Positions 62,153-64,000 of a stretch of DNA of 64,000 nucleotides are shown piece by piece. Both the position numbers and the translations under genes were made by a program. The stretch spans positions 57,040,001 to 57,104,000 of the forward strand of contig NC_083231.1 in the NCBI RefSeq assembly GCF_032191835.1, written 5' to 3'. Below the pieces are notes generated by a model. It had not been told where the DNA came from, made no database searches, and worked only from the letters and a program-made list of their open reading frames with translations. Every line of letters begins with the position of its first letter. The stretch's first letter is position 1. This stretch comes from Heteronotia binoei (taxonomy: Eukaryota).

Positions 62153-63051
62153 CTAGAAAAAGAATCAAAGGAAGATTATAGACTATTTCAACTCCACCAC
62201 ACTGATTAAACAGTTCACATGGCCTCCACAATGACAAACAACAAGATAAAGCTATAATAAGCAAAAAATGTTTGTTTTTAAAGGTGCAGGAAAGGCCTAC
62301 TTTTACAAACAGCATTTTTGTGCTAGTTTAATAATACAGTGTAATGACAGTGTTATGAATCTCTTTGCCAAGTTAAGAAAAAGACAAAATAATCCACCCA
62401 GTTCCCCAAATAACCTGTGCAATCCTTGTGTTCCAATGCCAGATTCTCTTTTCTAGTTGCTAGACATTAAATACCAAAAAGGTCCACTGTGTGAATATCT
62501 TCTATGAATAACAAACAGACACAGGATTGGCTTTTAACAATCCTCCCACTCCACTGTATTTCATCTTTATTTTTCCTGCCACTACAACTCCTATATTGAG
62601 TTAAAAGGGGGGAAGGCCACAGATTCACATAAATTGGAAGAAATACTTACGAACACAATTTCACAGCTCAGAAACATACATTCCACCCTGCTGTGCCTCT
62701 GCTACAGATATCAAGGATGCACAGGTTATTCTACAGCCAGCCATAAAAAGCCCATACTGGGCTTCCAGTAACTCAATAACTGGCTTGGGGCCATTAAACT
62801 GGACCATCTGGTTACCACACTAAGAGGCAAGTGCCACCATTATCTCTAGCCATCTGCAGTCCTACTTGCAGGTGTTAACTGAAAATGCACCAAGTAACTG
62901 GAGTTTTCTCATGTATATTGTTGTTAAATAGCACAATTTCAGAGTAAAGCTAACTTGTCCTTAAATGCCACCAGGAGTAACATTTATACTAGCTAGCCGT
63001 AGGTTTCCTCTCTCACCTCAATCTCATATAGTGGATGTTTGTAATTCATTT

Positions 63052-63262
63052 GTTGCTTATTGCCATCAATTCACAGCTGACATATGGCAAGCTCATAGGG
63101 TTTTCAAGACAAGAGATGGTGGTTTGCCATTGCTTGCCTCCCCATCACAACTCTGGTATTCCTTTGAGGTCTCCCATCCCATCCAAATACTAGCCAGGGC
63201 CAACCCTACTTAGTTTCTGAGATCTGACAAGACTGGGCTAGCCTGAGCCATCCATGTCAGGA
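63052..63262 (-). mobile_element. 5S rRNA-derived SINE copy
   Basis: ggtctcccatcccatccaaatactagccagggccaaccctacttagtttctgagatctg is the reverse complement of a 5S-like head; the tail matches the 44170 copy. Confidence 0.65.
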
Positions 63263-63626
63263 TTTGTATACTGTAGGTACTGTATATTATTTTGCTAAAG
63301 AAGTCTTTTTGTTTTTTACCACTATTTTGGCAGCTATCTGGAGCCAACCTTATCCTTCCAAGTTAGCATTAAAAAACAACAACCTACATATGAGGACAAT
63401 AAGCTTCATTTTACAGATACAAATGTGCAAAAATCTGCCTGTATGAAAAGGTGCATTAGTCATCCTTTGTTTATTATAACTAACAGGATAAATTAGAAGT
63501 ACTTTTTCCTTAAGGAAAGACTCCAAACTGCCACTAAAATCTAAGAGGATTCACACTGAAGGATCGTATTTGCATAAAAGTGTGATATCTTTTTTTAATA
63601 GAAAAGAAAGATTGTATGCAGCAAGC

Positions 63627-63806
63627 TGTTGTTGTTGTTGTTCGGTCGCACAGTTCAGTCAGACTCTTTGCGACCCCATGGACAAAGTCACACCAGGCCC
63701 TTCTGTCTTCCACCATCCTCCAAAGTCTGCTCAAATTTGTGTTTGTTACATCAGTAACGCTGTCCAGCCATCTCATCTTTTGCCGTCCCCTTCTTCTTTT
63801 GCCTTC
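63627..63806 (-). mobile_element. BovB/RTE LINE 3' end
   Basis: EGKRRRGRQKMRWLDSVTDVTNTNLSRLWRMVEDRRAW..VHGVAKS followed by an (AAC)n tail. Confidence 0.88.
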
Positions 63807-64000
63807 TGCTATTGCCACCACACAATTTTTACTGAATTATTTTAAACACAGACATGAAAAGCACTTGGTATCACTGATATAACACTAACTCTATTCTTAA
63901 TCAAATTCCACGTGAGATAAAGCCACCAGCTTAAAGCATTTCTTTAAGATATTTCTGTGTTGTTTCTTCAGTGTCTTGCTCAAGATGGCTTACAACTAAA

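Noticed and set aside
62153-64000. Further upstream FHIP1A exon (...PALHK)
   Set aside because: Not found. The donor-like gtaagt near 62645 has no open, homologous frame before it, so the exon lies beyond the window.

Overview
This is vertebrate genomic DNA, from a squamate and most likely a gecko judging by the repeat content. It holds the convergent 3' ends of two host genes. GATB (+) has its last two coding exons at 7010-7144 and 9883-10032. FHIP1A/FAM160A1 (-) has seven coding exons from 62152 down to the stop at 28113, and its last intron is a GC-AG intron. As I recall, the human orthologues are also neighbours. The rest is rich in transposable elements. Three tyrosine-recombinase (DIRS1-type) retrotransposons from at least two families are present: a right end at 1-1286, a decayed near-full-length copy at ~16365-21814, and an RT-deleted copy with both termini at 56641-60231. 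There is also a young 5'-truncated L2, an old L2, CR1 and BovB fragments, a Penelope GIY-YIG element, Sauria, tRNA- and 5S-derived SINEs, and many hAT-type MITEs with 8-bp TSDs, several of them nested. I see no clearly new biological system. The most interesting signals are in the DIRS elements: a reconstructable recombination core and empty site, an RT-less derivative that keeps its methyltransferase segment uninterrupted, and a splice-donor consensus just inside every right terminus, with both intronic copies oriented sense to their host gene. All calls were made by eye; no database searches were run.
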